From: the human T2T-CHM13v2.0 reference genome, Homo sapiens
NCBI RefSeq assembly: GCF_009914755.1
Contig: NC_060926.1
DNA length: 64,000 bases
Direction: 5' to 3' (one strand)
Shown: in pieces, positions 38,158-52,599 of the stretch
How positions within the stretch are numbered: the first letter of the stretch is position 1
How the letters are laid out: each line of letters begins with the position of its first letter
Program-made: the position numbers and the translations under genes
Notes under the pieces: model-generated
What the model was told of the DNA's origin: nothing
Databases searched by the model: none
The model's input: only the letters and a program-made list of their open reading frames with translations

Positions 38158-41100
38158 AATATTTTAATTTACCTTTTAATTTATTTATAGACCCATTGGT
38201 TATTCAGGTGCATGTTGTTTAATTTCAATGTATTCGTTAATTTTCCAAAGTTCCTCCTAGTGCTGATTTCCAGTTTTATACCATTGTGGTCTGAAAAGAT
38301 ACTTGATACGATTTCAGTCTTCTCAAATTTGGTAAGACTTGTTTTGTGACCTAACATATCAGCTATCCTAGATAATATTATGTGTGCAGTTGAGAAGAGT
38401 GTGTATTCTGCATCTGTTGGGTAGAATGTTCTGTGTATGTTTATTTGGTCTAGAGTTCAGTTTAAATCTAACATTTTCTGGTTGATTTTCTCTCTGGATG
38501 ATCTGTCCATGTGAAAGGGCAATACTGAAGTCCTCTGCTATTATTGTACTATTATTGCATTTTAGTCTATCTCTTCCTTCAGATCTATTAATATTTTCTT
38601 AATTATTAATTAGATTGGATGCATATGTTTGAAATTTTTATACCCTCTTGATGAATTGACCCCTTTTTGATTATATAATAACCTTCTTTGTCTCTTTTTA
38701 CAGTGTTTGACTTAAAATATATTTTATCTGACATAAACATAGCTACCCCTGTTCTCCTTTGGTTTCTATTTGTAAGGAATATCTGGTTCTATCCTGTCAT
38801 TTTCAGTCTGTGTGTCCTTACAGGTGAAGTTAATCTCTTGTAGGCAGCATATAGGTGGATCTTGTTTTTTATACAGCCACTCTGTGTATTTTGATTGAAA
38901 ATTTAGTCCTTGAACATAAGTTCAAGGTAATTATTGATAAGTAAGAACTTACTGCTGCCATTTTGTTAATTGTTTTCTAGTTGTTTAGTGGATCCTTTTT
39001 TTGTTTCTTACTCTTTCTTTGTGATTAAGTGATTTTTCTCTAGTAGTATGTTTTAATTACTTGCTTTTTATTTTTAGTGTATCTATTATAGGTTTTTGCT
39101 TTGTGATTACCGCAAGGCTTACAAAAACCATCTTATAGTTATAAGAAGTTATTTTAAGCTGATAACAAGTTAATTTTGATCACAAAAACCTTCTAAACTT
39201 TAACTCTATCCCCCAATTTTGAATTTTTGATATGATTTATATCTTTTTCCATTGCACATCCCTTAGCAAATTATTCTAGTTATTATTATTAATAGTTTTG
39301 TCCTTTAACCTTTATACTAATGATATAAGTAATTTAAAAACCACCATTGCAGTATTAGAGTATTCTGAATTTGTGTACTTAGTGAGTTTTATACTTTTAG
39401 ATGTTTTTGTGTTACTCATTAGTGTCCTTTTCTTTCAGCTTGAAGAATTCCCTTTAGCATTTCTTATAAGGCAGGTCTGGTAGTGATGAACTCCCTCGGC
39501 TTTTGTTTATCTGTGAAAGTCTTTATCTCTCCTTCATTTGGGAAGGACAGCTTTGGTGAGTACAGAATTCTTGATTGGCAGGGCTTTTTGTTTTCCTCCT
39601 TGAGCTCTTTGAATATATGATTCTATTCTCTTCTGTCCTGTGAAATTTCTGCTGAGAAGCTGGACATATTGGAACTTCCTTATATGTTACTAGCTTCTTT
39701 TCTCTTCCTGCTTTCAGTTTTCTCTCTTTGTCTTTGATATTTGACAGTTTGATTATAAAATCTTTTGGGGTAGTCTTATTTAGATTGGGTTGGAGGATTA
39801 GAGACTTTTGACCTTTCTGTAACCAGATACTTATATCTTTCTCCAGGTTTGGAAAGTTTCCTGCTATTATTTCTTTACTCTTTCTACCCCTTTATCATTC
39901 TCTACTCCCTTTTGAACATTTGCTCTTTTGATGCTTTCCCATAAGTCCCATAGCTTTCTTCATTCCCTTTTTCTTTTTTATTTTTTCTGCTCTGTATATT
40001 TTCAAAATAACTTCTCTTCAAATTCCAGATTCTTTCTTCTGCTTGTTCAATTCAGCTGTTGATACTCCCTATTGCATTTTTCTTTGTGTTCAGTTATTTT
40101 TCAGCTCCCTGGTTACTGTTTTGTTATTATCATGCCAATCTCTCTGACATTTTTTATTCTGGTAACTTATGGTTTTCCTTATTTTGTTGAATTGTTTCTC
40201 TGTATTTTCTTGAAGTTCACTGAGCTTCCTTAAAACAGCTACTTTGAAAATGTTGTCAGGCCGTTCATACATTTCCATATTTGTAGGGTCAGTCACTAGC
40301 ACGTTACTATGTTCATTTGGTGATGTCATGTTTCCTGGATCGTTCTTGATCCTTGTGGTTGTACATCAATGTCTGCATTAAAGAAGCAGGTGCTTATTCC
40401 AGTCTTTGCCATCTGGCTTTGTCTGGGAATATCCTTCATTAGTAACCCTGTCCACAGATTCTGGGCAAGTCTTCTGGTGTGGTCCCTAAGCATGTGACCA
40501 CTACAGACATTGCAGCACTAGGGGGTGTCCTAAGCCCAGGACCACCATGATGACTGGCACAGTGCTGGGTTAGAATCTTATGGCCACCAAGGCTGGCACA
40601 GCACTGGGCTGGATTCTTATGGCTGCTGTGGCTGATACAGTGTTGGGGCACACCCAAAGTCCATGGCCACTGAGGCTAGTGCCACACAGAGGCACAACTA
40701 AAGCCCATGGCGGCTGAGGCCTGCCTGTCACTGTGGGTTATTTTTAGCCCATGGTCACTGTAGTCAGCCAGTGGTGATAAGGGCTAGAGCTTGCATTCAT
40801 CTCACAGCAGCTATGGGTTCCTGTTTGGCACCAGGATAGATCTAGAAGCTTAGTCCACGAGTACCGGCCTGCAGTCAAGGGCCATGTGGATCTGCCTGCT
40901 GCTGGATTTTCCTGTGTCAGGCCCTGTATTAGGGTCCAAGGTAAAGTCCTATTCTTTCTTCCCTGTCTTTTGCCCAGATAGTGGTATTTTTCTGCATTGT
41001 GCTGCCTGGGGTTCAGGGAGGGGTGATGCAGGTAAGGTAAAACTATCCTTTATACCCTCATATTATGCTGTAACCAGGTACCGTGATCTGTCACCTGGTT

Positions 41101-42060
41101 TTCTTAGCTCTTGTGAAGGTATTTTTGTGTGTAGACAGTTGTTCAAATTGATGTTTCTGTAGGGGACAATCACTGGAAAGTCCTGTTTTGCCATCTTGCT
41201 CTGCCTTCATCTCTGTTCTTTCTTTTTTAAAAGACAAAATAAAAAATAAATAGAAGTTATTTGTATTTACTGATAGCCCAGCCAATGTCTTGTTCATCTC
41301 CTGGGATGTGCAAGTCCTTTTTGGAGGCCACTGATTAAAACAATAGCTGTGTGAAGTTTCAGGGAAAATGTACTGTTTTCCTACTGCGGCCTGCTTTGTG
41401 TTATGGTCTGCTTTTTCCTAAATGCATTGGCCAGAATGTTGGTTCTTAACTCCCAGTAGTGCTGCCCACCACAGAAAGCATGAAAATGTGTGAGGGTATA
41501 TACAACGTATATATACTTTTGCATGATGTATTGTTGGGATGCCATTGAAATATAAGGCCTGGGAATCCAGAGTACTGAGTGTCTTACAATGTATGAGACA
41601 GCCCATTCAGCAGGAACTGCCCTGTCCAACATGTTAGTAACATTGCCCCTGAGGAGTACTCCTTCAATCAGGGAAATTTCCACTACTAGGACTTTACTCA
41701 GTAATTCTGAATTAGTCAATTAATTAATTAAACAAATATTTATTGAGCAACCATTAATACCATTTTTTAACCAGATTATTTACCAATTCCTTGCCAGCTT
41801 TGTTCTATTCTGGTACTAAGGAAGATCTAGGGGATGTGGTTGTTGTAGATTGATTTGGAGGCCCATTCAAATGGCAAGGCCTTGTTCTTCAGGGCTCAGC
41901 CTGTGCTTTTTACATATACATCCTTTCACATGGACTACAGCCCTGTGCCATCTAAATATCTTTTGAGTAGGGTCTCCCAGAGTCAGGGCCTGTGGAATTC
42001 CCATATAAGGAAAAATACTAGAAGCAGTTTTATCCCATCTTTCTTTTTTTTTTTTGCATG

Positions 42061-42787
42061 TTTATATTTTTTTATTTTTTATTTTTTTATTTTTTATTTT
42101 TTGTATTTATTGATCATTCTTGGGTGTTTCTCAGAGAGGGGGATGTGGCAGGGTCATAGGATGATAGTGGAGAGAAGGTCAGCAGATAAACACGTGAACA
42201 AAGGTCTCTGGTTTTCCTAGGCAGAGGTCCCTGCGGCCTTCCGCAGTGTTTGTGTCCCTTGGTACTTAAGATTATGGAGTGGTGATCACTCTTAATGAGC
42301 ATGCTGCCTTCAAGCATCTGTTTAACAAAGCACATCTTGCACTGCCCTTAATCCATTTAACCCTGAGTTGACACAGCACATGTTTCAGAGAGCACGGGGT
42401 TGGGGGTAAGGTTATAGATTAACAGCATCCCAAGGCAGAAGAATTTTTCTTAATACAGAACAAAATGGAGTCTCTTATGTCTACTTCTTTCTACACAGAC
42501 ACAGTAACAATCTGATCTCTCTTTCTTTTCCCCACATTTCCCCCTTTTCTTTTCGACAAAACCGCCATCGTCATCATGGCCTGTTCTCAATGGTCGCTGT
42601 CTTTTCGGAGCTGTTGGGTACACCTGCAGAAAGGCTGTCACTTCACACTTGGAAGATTGCACAGTGGCCAGGCAGAGGTGCTTCTTACTTCCCAGACCAG
42701 GCGGCCGGGCAGAGACGCTACTCACTTCCCAGACGGGGTGGCGGCCAGGCAGAGGCGCTCCTCACTTCCCAGATGGGGCGGCCGGCC
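42061..42787 (-). mobile_element. 5'-truncated SVA (SVA_A-like)
   Basis: T-rich tail, SINE-R (HERV-K env/LTR-derived tttattgatcattcttgggtgtttctc...), and about 3 GC-rich VNTR units (gcagaggcgctcctcacttcccaga). No Alu-like or hexamer domain. Confidence 0.93.
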
Positions 42788-43278
42788 CTTATTTCAAATA
42801 AACCTAATTCAGTCAAGGAAGTTAGCGAAAATACCAATTTCTTACATTTTGTTAAGAATTTTTTCATCTAAGTTCGTAAGAGATATTGCTCCGTAACTTT
42901 CTTTTCTTGTAACGTCATTGTCAGGTTTCAGCATCAAGATTATGCTGGACTCAAAATGATTTGGAAGTGTTCCTCCTCCTCTATGCTTTGATGGCATTTG
43001 TACACGATTGGTATTTCTTCTTTAAATGTTTGATACAACTGACAAGTGAAATTTATCTGGGCCTAGTTTTGTTTGTGGGAAAAGATTAATAAAAAATTCA
43101 ATTTATTTAATAAACAGAGGGCTAATCAGATATTCTGTTTCATAATGCCAATTTGGAAAATTGTGTTTTTCAAGGAATTTCCTCAACATTCTCTAATATG
43201 CACACACCAACAGTATTTTCCTCAACAGTATTTTCTAATATGTTGGCAAAGCATTGATCATAATATGCCCTTAACAGC

Positions 43279-43369
43279 CTTTTAATGCATGTAGGATCTG
43301 TAGTGATGTCACCTCTTTCATTCTTTTTTAATGCCTGTAGGATCTGTAGTGATGTTACCTTTTTCATTC
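43279..43369. repeat. About 46-bp tandem duplication within an L1
   Basis: ttttaatgc(a/c)tgtaggatctgtagtgatgt(c/t)acct(c/t)tttcattc x2. Confidence 0.9.
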
Positions 43370-44416
43370 CTGATATTGATAATTTGTGTTTCCTCTGATT
43401 TTTTTCTTGCTAAGTCTTGTTAGCAGTATATAATAACTCTTTTCAAAGAAACACATTTTTAGTTTGCTGGTTTTTAAAATTCTTTGTCTTCTATTTCACT
43501 GGTATCTGACTTAATCATCATTATTTATTTCTTTCTGCTTACTTTGAGCTTGATTTGCATTCCTTTTTCCTGCTTTTAAAGATATAAATTTAAATAATTA
43601 TTTTTAAACCTTTCTTCTTTTCTAATATAATCATTTAAAATTGTAAGTATTCCTCTAAGCATTGTTTTAGCTGAATGCCACAAATCTCAATCAGTAGTGT
43701 TTAATATTATTGCTTTAAAGTTTTTCCCTTGTGATTTTTTTTCTTGAATACACTTTAAAAAATGTGTTGTTTAATTTCCAGTTATTTTAGGACTTTTAAA
43801 AGTACTTGTTTTTGTTGGATTACTAATTTAATTACATTGAGGTCAGAGAATATAGTCTGTAAGATTTTGATCTTTTGAAATTTACTAAGATTTATTTATG
43901 GCCAGAGTCTATCTTGGCAAACATTGCATGCACACTTGAAAAGAGTGTGCATTCCACAGTTGTTAGGTAGTATTTATAAATGTTAATTAGATAAAGATGG
44001 TTGAAAGTCTTGGGAGAAAAATTATATATATTTAGTGCTTTTTTTGTCTACTGGATTTGTTCATTTCTCCCTTAGTTCTGTAAGTTTTGTTTATGTATTT
44101 TGAAGTTCCAAATGCATACACATTTAGGATTGTTATGTTTTTCTAAGGACTTGACAAATTTTAATAATTCTGATATGTCATATTTATTTCAGACATTAGT
44201 CATTGTTTTGATGTTTACTTTGATATTAATATAGCCACTGTAGCTTTCTTATTAAGTTTTACATGGTGTATGTGTTTATAATCTTTAATGATAAATATCT
44301 ATAGTCTATATATTAAAGAGGGCTTCTCATGGACAGCATATAGTTGGAGTTGGTGTTTTTAATGCAGTTGCATATGTCTTAATTAATTAATTCAACCAAT
44401 TAATTAAATCAGTTAG

Positions 44417-44838
44417 TGTCTTTATCCATTTGTGTTGCTGTAAAGGTATGACTGAGGCTGGGTAATTTATAAAGAAAAGATGTTTATTTGGCTGATGGTT
44501 CTTCAGGCTATACAAGAAGCATGGTACCAGCATCTGCATCTGGTGAGGGCCTCAGGAAGCTTCCACTCATGATAGAAGGCAAAGGAGAGTTGGTGTGTGC
44601 AGATCACATGTCAAGAGAGAAGGCAAAAGACAGAGCGGAAGAGGGACCAGGCTCTTTTCAACAACCAGTCCTCATGAGAACTAAGATTGAGAACTCCCTC
44701 ATTCCCACGAGAATGTCACCAAGCCATTCATGAGGGATCTGTCGCCGTGATCCAAACACTTCCCATTAGGCTTCACCTCCAACATTGGGGATCAAATTTC
44801 AACACTAGGTTTAGAGGTCAAATATCCAAACTATAGCA
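44417..44838 (-). mobile_element. MSTB solo LTR
   Basis: tgtctttatccatttgtgttgctgtaaagg...aaatatccaaactatagca. Confidence 0.85.
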
Positions 44839-45819
44839 ACTAGTGTTTGATTCTATACATTTAATGTAATAATTGATATATTTAAATGTAGGTCTACCAT
44901 GTTACTATTTGCTTTCTATTTGTCCAATCTTTTTCTTTCATCTGTGTTTCTCCTTTTGGCCTTCTTTTGTGCTAAATGAATATTTTTTAGTGTTTCATTT
45001 GATGAAATCTTTATTTTTCATTTAATTGGCTTTCCTTGTTACATCCTTAACTTGTTACAGTCCACTAAAAGTAGATTTCATATGACTTCATATAAAATGA
45101 AACAAGTTTTCAACACTCATACCTCCCCTTACTCCTCACTCCTGTCCTTGGTGTTACTGTTTTAATGTATTTTATTTTTACATACATTATAAATCTCACA
45201 ATTCAGAGTCATAATTTTTGCTTTTAAAAGTCATCTGTTTTTTAAAGAAATGGAGAAGAAAACTATACACTGCTAAGATCCACATGTTTACCACTTAAAA
45301 TATTCTTCCTTCTTGTAGGATTTGAGGTTTCAACTGATGTTATTTCCTGAATAATTTCTTTTAGGCATTTCTTACAGTGCAGGTCTGCTGGTGACAGCTT
45401 TTTTCAGTTTTCGTTTATCTGAAATTATCTTTATTTCACCTGCACATTTATTTATTTACTCATTCATTCATTCATTTATCCATTTGTACATCCATACTTA
45501 TATATTCTGAGGTAATTGTAAAGTGTAAAGATCCCATGTACCTTTCACCCAGTTTTCCCAATGGTCATATCTTGTAAAATAATAGTATAATATCAAAATG
45601 AGGAATTTGACATGTATGCAATGTGTTTGCAAGTCTATATAATTTTATCACTTGTGTAGATTTCTGTAACCACCACTACAATCAAGAGAGAGAACTGTTT
45701 ATCACCACAAAGATCTTCCTATGTTACCCCCTCCTATGTTTTTTTCTAAATGTTTCATAATTTTACATTTAGCCTGTGATCTATTTTGAATTAGTTTCTG
45801 TATAAGGTTCACGTTTTTT

Positions 45820-45968
45820 TGTAATCCCAGCACTTTGGGAGGCTGAGGTGGGAGGATTGCTTAAGCCCAGGGTATCAAGGTTGCAGTGAGCTATGATCAC
45901 ACTACTTCACTCCAGCCTAGGTGATAGAGTGAGACTCTATCTCTTAAAAAACACACACACACACAAAA
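45820..45968 (+). mobile_element. Alu monomer (FRAM/AluJ-like) with a (CA)n tail
   Basis: tgtaatcccagcactttgggagg...gagactctatctc. Confidence 0.8.
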
Positions 45969-46072
45969 GCAAATGGTTCATTTTTTTTTTACTATGGGTG
46001 TTCAGTTGCTCCAGTGCATTTTACTTAAGTGACTACCCTTCCTACTTTGAATTGCTTTTGGATTTTTGTTAA

Positions 46073-46430
<358 letters not shown>

Positions 46431-49199
46431 CTAGGTTCTCTATTTGTTCTATTCATCTGTGTTTCTCTGTCAATATCACACAGTCTTGATTACTGTAACT
46501 ATAGAATTTCTTGAAATTGGGCCGGGTGAGTCCTCCTACTTTATTTTTTTTTCAAAATTGTTTTAGCTACTCTAGTTCATTTGCCTTTCCAAATAAATTT
46601 TAGAATAACTGTGTTCATGTCTACAAAAATATTGCTATAATATTGATAGGAGTTGCATTAAACCTGTATATTAATTAAAGGAGAATTGACATCTTTACTA
46701 TGCTGACGAAAATGCTGAGTGTTTCAGTTCACGAATATGAAATATCTTTCCATTTATTTACATATTATTTGATTTCTTTCATCAGCTGTCTTAAAATTTT
46801 CAGTATACGAAGCCTGCACATGTTTTGTTAGATTTATACCTAAGTATTTTATTTTTTTTAGCAGTTGTAGATGGAATTGTATTTTAAATTTTGGTTTTCA
46901 CATGTTCATTCCTAGTATATAGAAATATGACTGACTTTTGCATGTTAACCTTCTATCTTGTGATCTTGCCAAACTCACTTATTCTGGAAGATTTCTAGGT
47001 AGACTATCATGCCATCTGCAAAGAGGAAAAGTCTTATTTCTTTCTTTCTCATCTATGTGTCTTGTCTTTCCTTTTCTTGCTCTGTTACGCTGGCTAGAAC
47101 TTCCAGCACTATGTTGAATAGCAACGGTAAGAGTGGATGTCCTTGCACTGAAAGCTTTCAGTCATTCACCACTAAGTATGATGTTAACTGTAGGTTTGCA
47201 ATAGATTTTTAAAAATTATATTGTGGAAGGTCCCTGATATTCCTAGTAATCTGAGAATTTTTATTATTAATGGGTGCTGAATTTTGTCAATTTTTTTCTC
47301 CATCAATTGATAGCATCCTGTGATATTTCTTTGTTAGCCTGTTACTTTAATGGATTATATTATTTTTTTTAATCCAGCCTTGCATCCCTGGAGTAAACTA
47401 GAGCATGTTTTAGAAGTCTTTTTATATTATACATTGCAGAATTCAATTTGCTAATGTTGTGTTACGGATTTTTGCATCTGTATTCTTGAAGAATATTGGT
47501 CTGCAGTTTTCTCTTTTTTAAATAATGGTTTTGTCTGGTTTTGGTATGACAAGGCTAGCTTCATAAAATGAGTTGGGACGTATTCCTTCCTCTTCCATTC
47601 TCTAGAAGATGTTTTGTAGAATTATTATTTTTTGTTTCTTGTTGAGATAACAAGAAACAATGTAGAATTAATATTAATTATTCTTTAAACATTTGGTAAA
47701 ATTCTCCAGTGAACTCATCCAGGCCTGGAGATTCCTTTTTGAAGAAGTTTTAAGTCAAGAATTTAACTTTCTTAAACAGATATAGGACTAGTCAAATTAT
47801 TTTATATTGTGTGAGTTGTGGTAGTTTGTTTTCTGAGGATTTAATTCATTTCATCCAAGTTGTCTAATTTGTGAGGAGTTTGTAGTATTCTATTATTCTT
47901 TTGATGTCTGCCGCATCTTTTGTGGTATTTCCCATTTTATTCTTGATATCTGTAATTTATACCTTCTCTCTTTTTATCTTTGTCAGTCTTACTAGTGGTT
48001 TGTCAGTTTATTGATCTTTAAAAAATACCAGCTTTTTTGTTTGGTTTTCTCTATTGTTTTTCTGTTTTCAATTTCATTGATTTCTACTTTGATCTTTATT
48101 ATTTATTTCCTTCTGCTTGTTTGGGTTTATTTTGCTTTTCTTTTTTCTAATTTCTTCAGTTGAAAGCTTTGATTATTGATTTGAGATTTTATGTTTTCTT
48201 ATGTAAGCATTTAGTGCTACAAATTTCCCTCCAGTCAGTGCTTTAGCAATGTCTCACAAATTTTTATATGTTGTATTATTATTTCCACTTAATTAAAAGT
48301 CTTTTATTTTCATCAAGACTTCCTCTTTGACTTATGGACTTTTAGATGCGTATTGTTTAGTTTCTAAATATTTGTAGATTTTCCTGTTATCTTTTTATTT
48401 ATTTTTGATTTCTAGTTTGTTCCCATCTTGGACAGAGCACGTACTTGTTTGGTTTCAGTTCTTGTAAAATGTTTAGGATGTTTTATAACCAAATATGTGC
48501 TTTGTTTTGTACATGTTCCATGAATACTTGAAAAGAGTGTGTATTCTGCTGTTGTTTTATAGAGCTTTCTATAAATGTCAGTTAGATCCTGTTCATTGAT
48601 GGTGTTGAGTATCCTTCCTGATTTTCTTGTTCTTGTTCTATCAGTTATTGAGAAAGCAGTATTGAAGTTTCCAAGTATAATTGTGGATTTGTCTATTTCT
48701 TCTTTCAGTTATTCTGTTTTTTGTTGCAAATATTTTGCAGTTCTATTGGGTGATACATACACATTTAGGATTGCTATGTCTTTCTGGTGGATTGACACCT
48801 TTGTCATTATATAATGTCCTGCTCTGTCCCCAGTAATATTCTTTGCTATGAAGTTTATTTTTCTAATATAGCCAATCCTATTTCCTTTTTTTAAATATTT
48901 GCATGGCCTATCTTTTTCCATCCTTTTACTTTTAACTTATATATATAATTATATTTGAAGCAAATTTCCTGTAGACAGTATATTGTTGAGTCTTTTTAAA
49001 AAAATCCTCTTTGCCAATCTCTATCTTTTACTTGGTATATTAGACCATTTACAATTAACTTGATTATTGATATGTTAGAGCTTGTTGACCATTTTATTTT
49101 TCGTTTTCTTTTTCTCTGTTTTTGGCTTGTCTGTTTTTTTCCTACCTGCTTTTGGGTTACCTAAACACTTTTTAGAATTCTTATTTATCTATAATGTTT

Positions 49200-49508
<309 letters not shown>

Positions 49509-50804
49509 TAATGTTTTCTATTGTATATCTTCATATGGCTTTTTTAGTGATTGTGCTAGGTGTTACATTATGAATACATACATTATCAAAATCTACTGAT
49601 GTCAACATTTTACCAGTTTGAGTGATGAGCAGAAACCTTCTTTTCCCTTTATAGCCCTTTGCCCTTCCCATTTATAATAAAATGTATTATTTTATCTTCT
49701 TACATTGAGAATTACATTAGACTATGCTAGAATTTTGGTTCAACCATCAAACATTATTTGTAATACTCAAAAGGAGAAGGACTGTCTATTTTATTTGCCT
49801 ATAGTTTTGCTTACTGTGTTCGTCTTTCCTGATGGTCCAAGGTTCCTTCTTTTGTTATTTTCTTTCTGCTTAGAGAAGTTCTTTTATTCTTTAAGAGTAG
49901 CTCTGCTAGCCACAAATTCCTTTAGTTTCTTTGTCTGAGAATGTCTTTATTTCTACTTTATTCCTGAAGAAGAATTTCACCAGATGTAAGATTTAGGGTT
50001 GATAGTTCTTTTTTTTTTTTTTTAGCACTTAAAAAATATTGTGCCCATTCTTTCTGGCCTCCATGGTTTCTGATGAGAAAACCACTATCATTAGAATTTA
50101 TTTTTCCCTATTGATATATGCTTTAAAGATTTTTTTATTTGTCTTTTGTTTTCAGATGTTTGAGTATGATGTGCCTTGGTGTGAATTTATTTGCATTTAT
50201 TATCTTCGAATTTCACTCAGATTCTTGAATCTGTTGCTTTATGTTTTTTGTTTTTGCCAAATTTGGAGAATTTTCAACCCTTATGTCTTTGAATTCTTTT
50301 TTTTTTTCTTCTTTTTCTTCCCCCTACCCTCTTTCTCTTCTCCTTCTGGCACTCCAATAATATGAACATTGGATCTTTAAAAAAAATAATCCTACATATC
50401 TGTAAGGCTCTGTTCAGCTTTCTCAGGCTATTTTTTCCCTCTTGTCTAGATTGGGTAATTTTTATTGTTCTCCAAGCTTACTCATTCTTCTTTTTTCATT
50501 TTGCTATTGAGTTCATCCATTGAGTTTTTAATTTTGATTATTCTATTTTTTGCTCTAATATTTCCATTTTATTCTTCTTTATATCTTCTATTTCTTTACT
50601 GAGACTTCCTATGTTTTTATTCATTTTGAGAATGTTTGTAATTGCCATTAAGTATGTTTATGGTTGTTGCTTTAAAATCCTTGTTAGGTCATTCTATGAC
50701 ATCTCTCATCTTGGTGTTGATATTGTCAGTTGTCTTTTTTTATAATCTTCCTGGTTTTTTGAATGATGAATGATTTTTTATTGAAACTGGGACATTTCCC
50801 AAAT

Positions 50805-52598
50805 TTTGTTTATATTTTTGGATTTAGGTGTACAAGTGCAGTTGTGTTACATAGATATATTGTGCAGTGGTGAAGTATGGGCTTTTAGTGTATCCATCAT
50901 CTGAAGAGTGCACATTGTACCCAATAAGCAATATTTCATCCTTCACCCTTGATACAGTCTGGCTGTGTCTCTACCCAAATCTCATCTTGAATTGTAACTC
51001 CAACAATTCCCACGTTTGTGGGAGGGACCCAGTGGGAGGTAACTGAATCATGAAGGCAGGTCTTTCTCTTGCTGTTTTCACAATAGTGAATAAGTCTCAC
51101 AAGATCTGATGGTTTTAAGAAGAGGAGTTCCTTTGCACAAACTCTCTCTTTGCCTGCTGCTGTCCATGTAAGATGTGACTTGCTCCTCCTTGCCTTCCAC
51201 CATGATTGTGAGGGCTCCCCAGCCACATGGGACTGTAAGTCCATTAAACCTCTTTCCTTTGTAAATTTCCCGGTTTCAGGTATGTCTTTATCAGCAGTGT
51301 GAAAATGGGCTAATACAACCCCTGCTCCCCCCACCTTTTGGATTCTCCAGTGTCTATTTTTCTCTGCATGTCTGTGTGTTCACATGCCACTTAAAAGTGA
51401 GAAGATGTAGTTTTTCACTTTGTTTCTGAGTTATTTCATTAAGAATAATGGCCTCCAGTTCCATATATGTTGCTGTAAAAGACATGATTTCATCTTTTGA
51501 AATGGATGAGTAGTATTCCATAGTCTATACACACCATGTGGTCTATATATATAAACCACATTTTAAAAATACTACAGCAAACATATAAGGGCAGGTGTCT
51601 TTTTGATAAAATGATTTCTTTTCCATTGGGTAGATTACCAATAGTGGGATCAAAGGGTAGTCCTATTTTAATTCTTAAAGAAATCTCCATCCTGTTTTCC
51701 ATAGAGGTTGTACTAATTTACATTCCCAGCAACAGTGTATAAGCATTCCCTTTTCTCCACAATCTCACCAAAATCTGTAAATTTTTGACTTTTTAATAGT
51801 ACCCATTGTGACTGGTGTGAAATGGTATCTCATTGTAGTTTTGATTTGCATTTCTCTGATGATTAGTGATGTTGAGCATTTTCTCTTGTTTCTTATCCAC
51901 TTATGTGTCTTCTTTTGAGAAGTGTCTATTCATGTCTTTTGCCCATTTTTAAATGGGGTTATTTTTTGCTTGCTGAATAGTTTAACTTCCTTATAGATTC
52001 TGGATATTCAATCTTTATTGGATGCACAGTTTGCAAATATTTTCAATAAATATTTGCAAATATTTTCTTTTACTTTATAAGTTGTCTGCTTACTCTGTTG
52101 ATAGTTTCTTTTGCTGAGCAGAAGCTCTTTAATTTAATTAGGTTCTACTTATCAATTTTTGTTTTTGTTGCAATTGCTGTTGAGGACTTAGTTATAAATT
52201 ATTTGCCAAGGCCTGTGCCCAGAATAATATTTCTTAGGTTTTCTTCTAGGATTCCCTAGGATCTTATGTTTAAATTTTTAATCCATCTTCAATTAATTTT
52301 TTTATATAGTGAAAGGTAGGGGTCCAGTTTCATTCTTCTGCATGTAGCTAGCCAGCTATTTCAGAGTCATTTATTGAATAGGGAGTCCTTTCCTCATTGC
52401 TTATTTTTGTCAACTTTTTGAAGATCATATGACTGTAGTTGTGTGGCTTTATTTTTGGTTCTGTATTCTGTTCCATTGTTCTATATGTCTGTTTGGGGTG
52501 TGTGTGTGTGTGTGTGTGGGTGTGTGTGTGTGTGTGTGTGTTTTACCAGTACCATGCTGTGTTGGTTACTGTATCCTTGTAGAATAGTTTGAAGTCAT
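50805..52598 (-). mobile_element. L1PB-like 3' fragment containing a THE1 LTR and a (GT)n at ~52497-52540
   Basis: L1PB 3' UTR (ggtgtacaagtgcagttgtgttacatag...) and ORF2 3' end. Confidence 0.8.
50950..51317 (+). mobile_element. THE1B-like solo LTR
   Basis: tgatacagtctggctgtgtctctacccaaatctcatcttg...gggctaataca. TSD accct/acccc. Confidence 0.9.
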
Positions 52599-52599
52599 T

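Larger units (their letters stand above)
42790..45440 (-). mobile_element. Old L1M remnant
   Basis: Decayed ORF2 (43170-43367 ERGDITTDP) and T-rich antisense L1 sequence. Confidence 0.75.

Noticed and set aside
40511-40529. CTCF-like motif tgcagcactagggggtgtc in the L1 5' region
   Set aside because: It mismatches core positions, and a single motif match is not enough without ChIP data.
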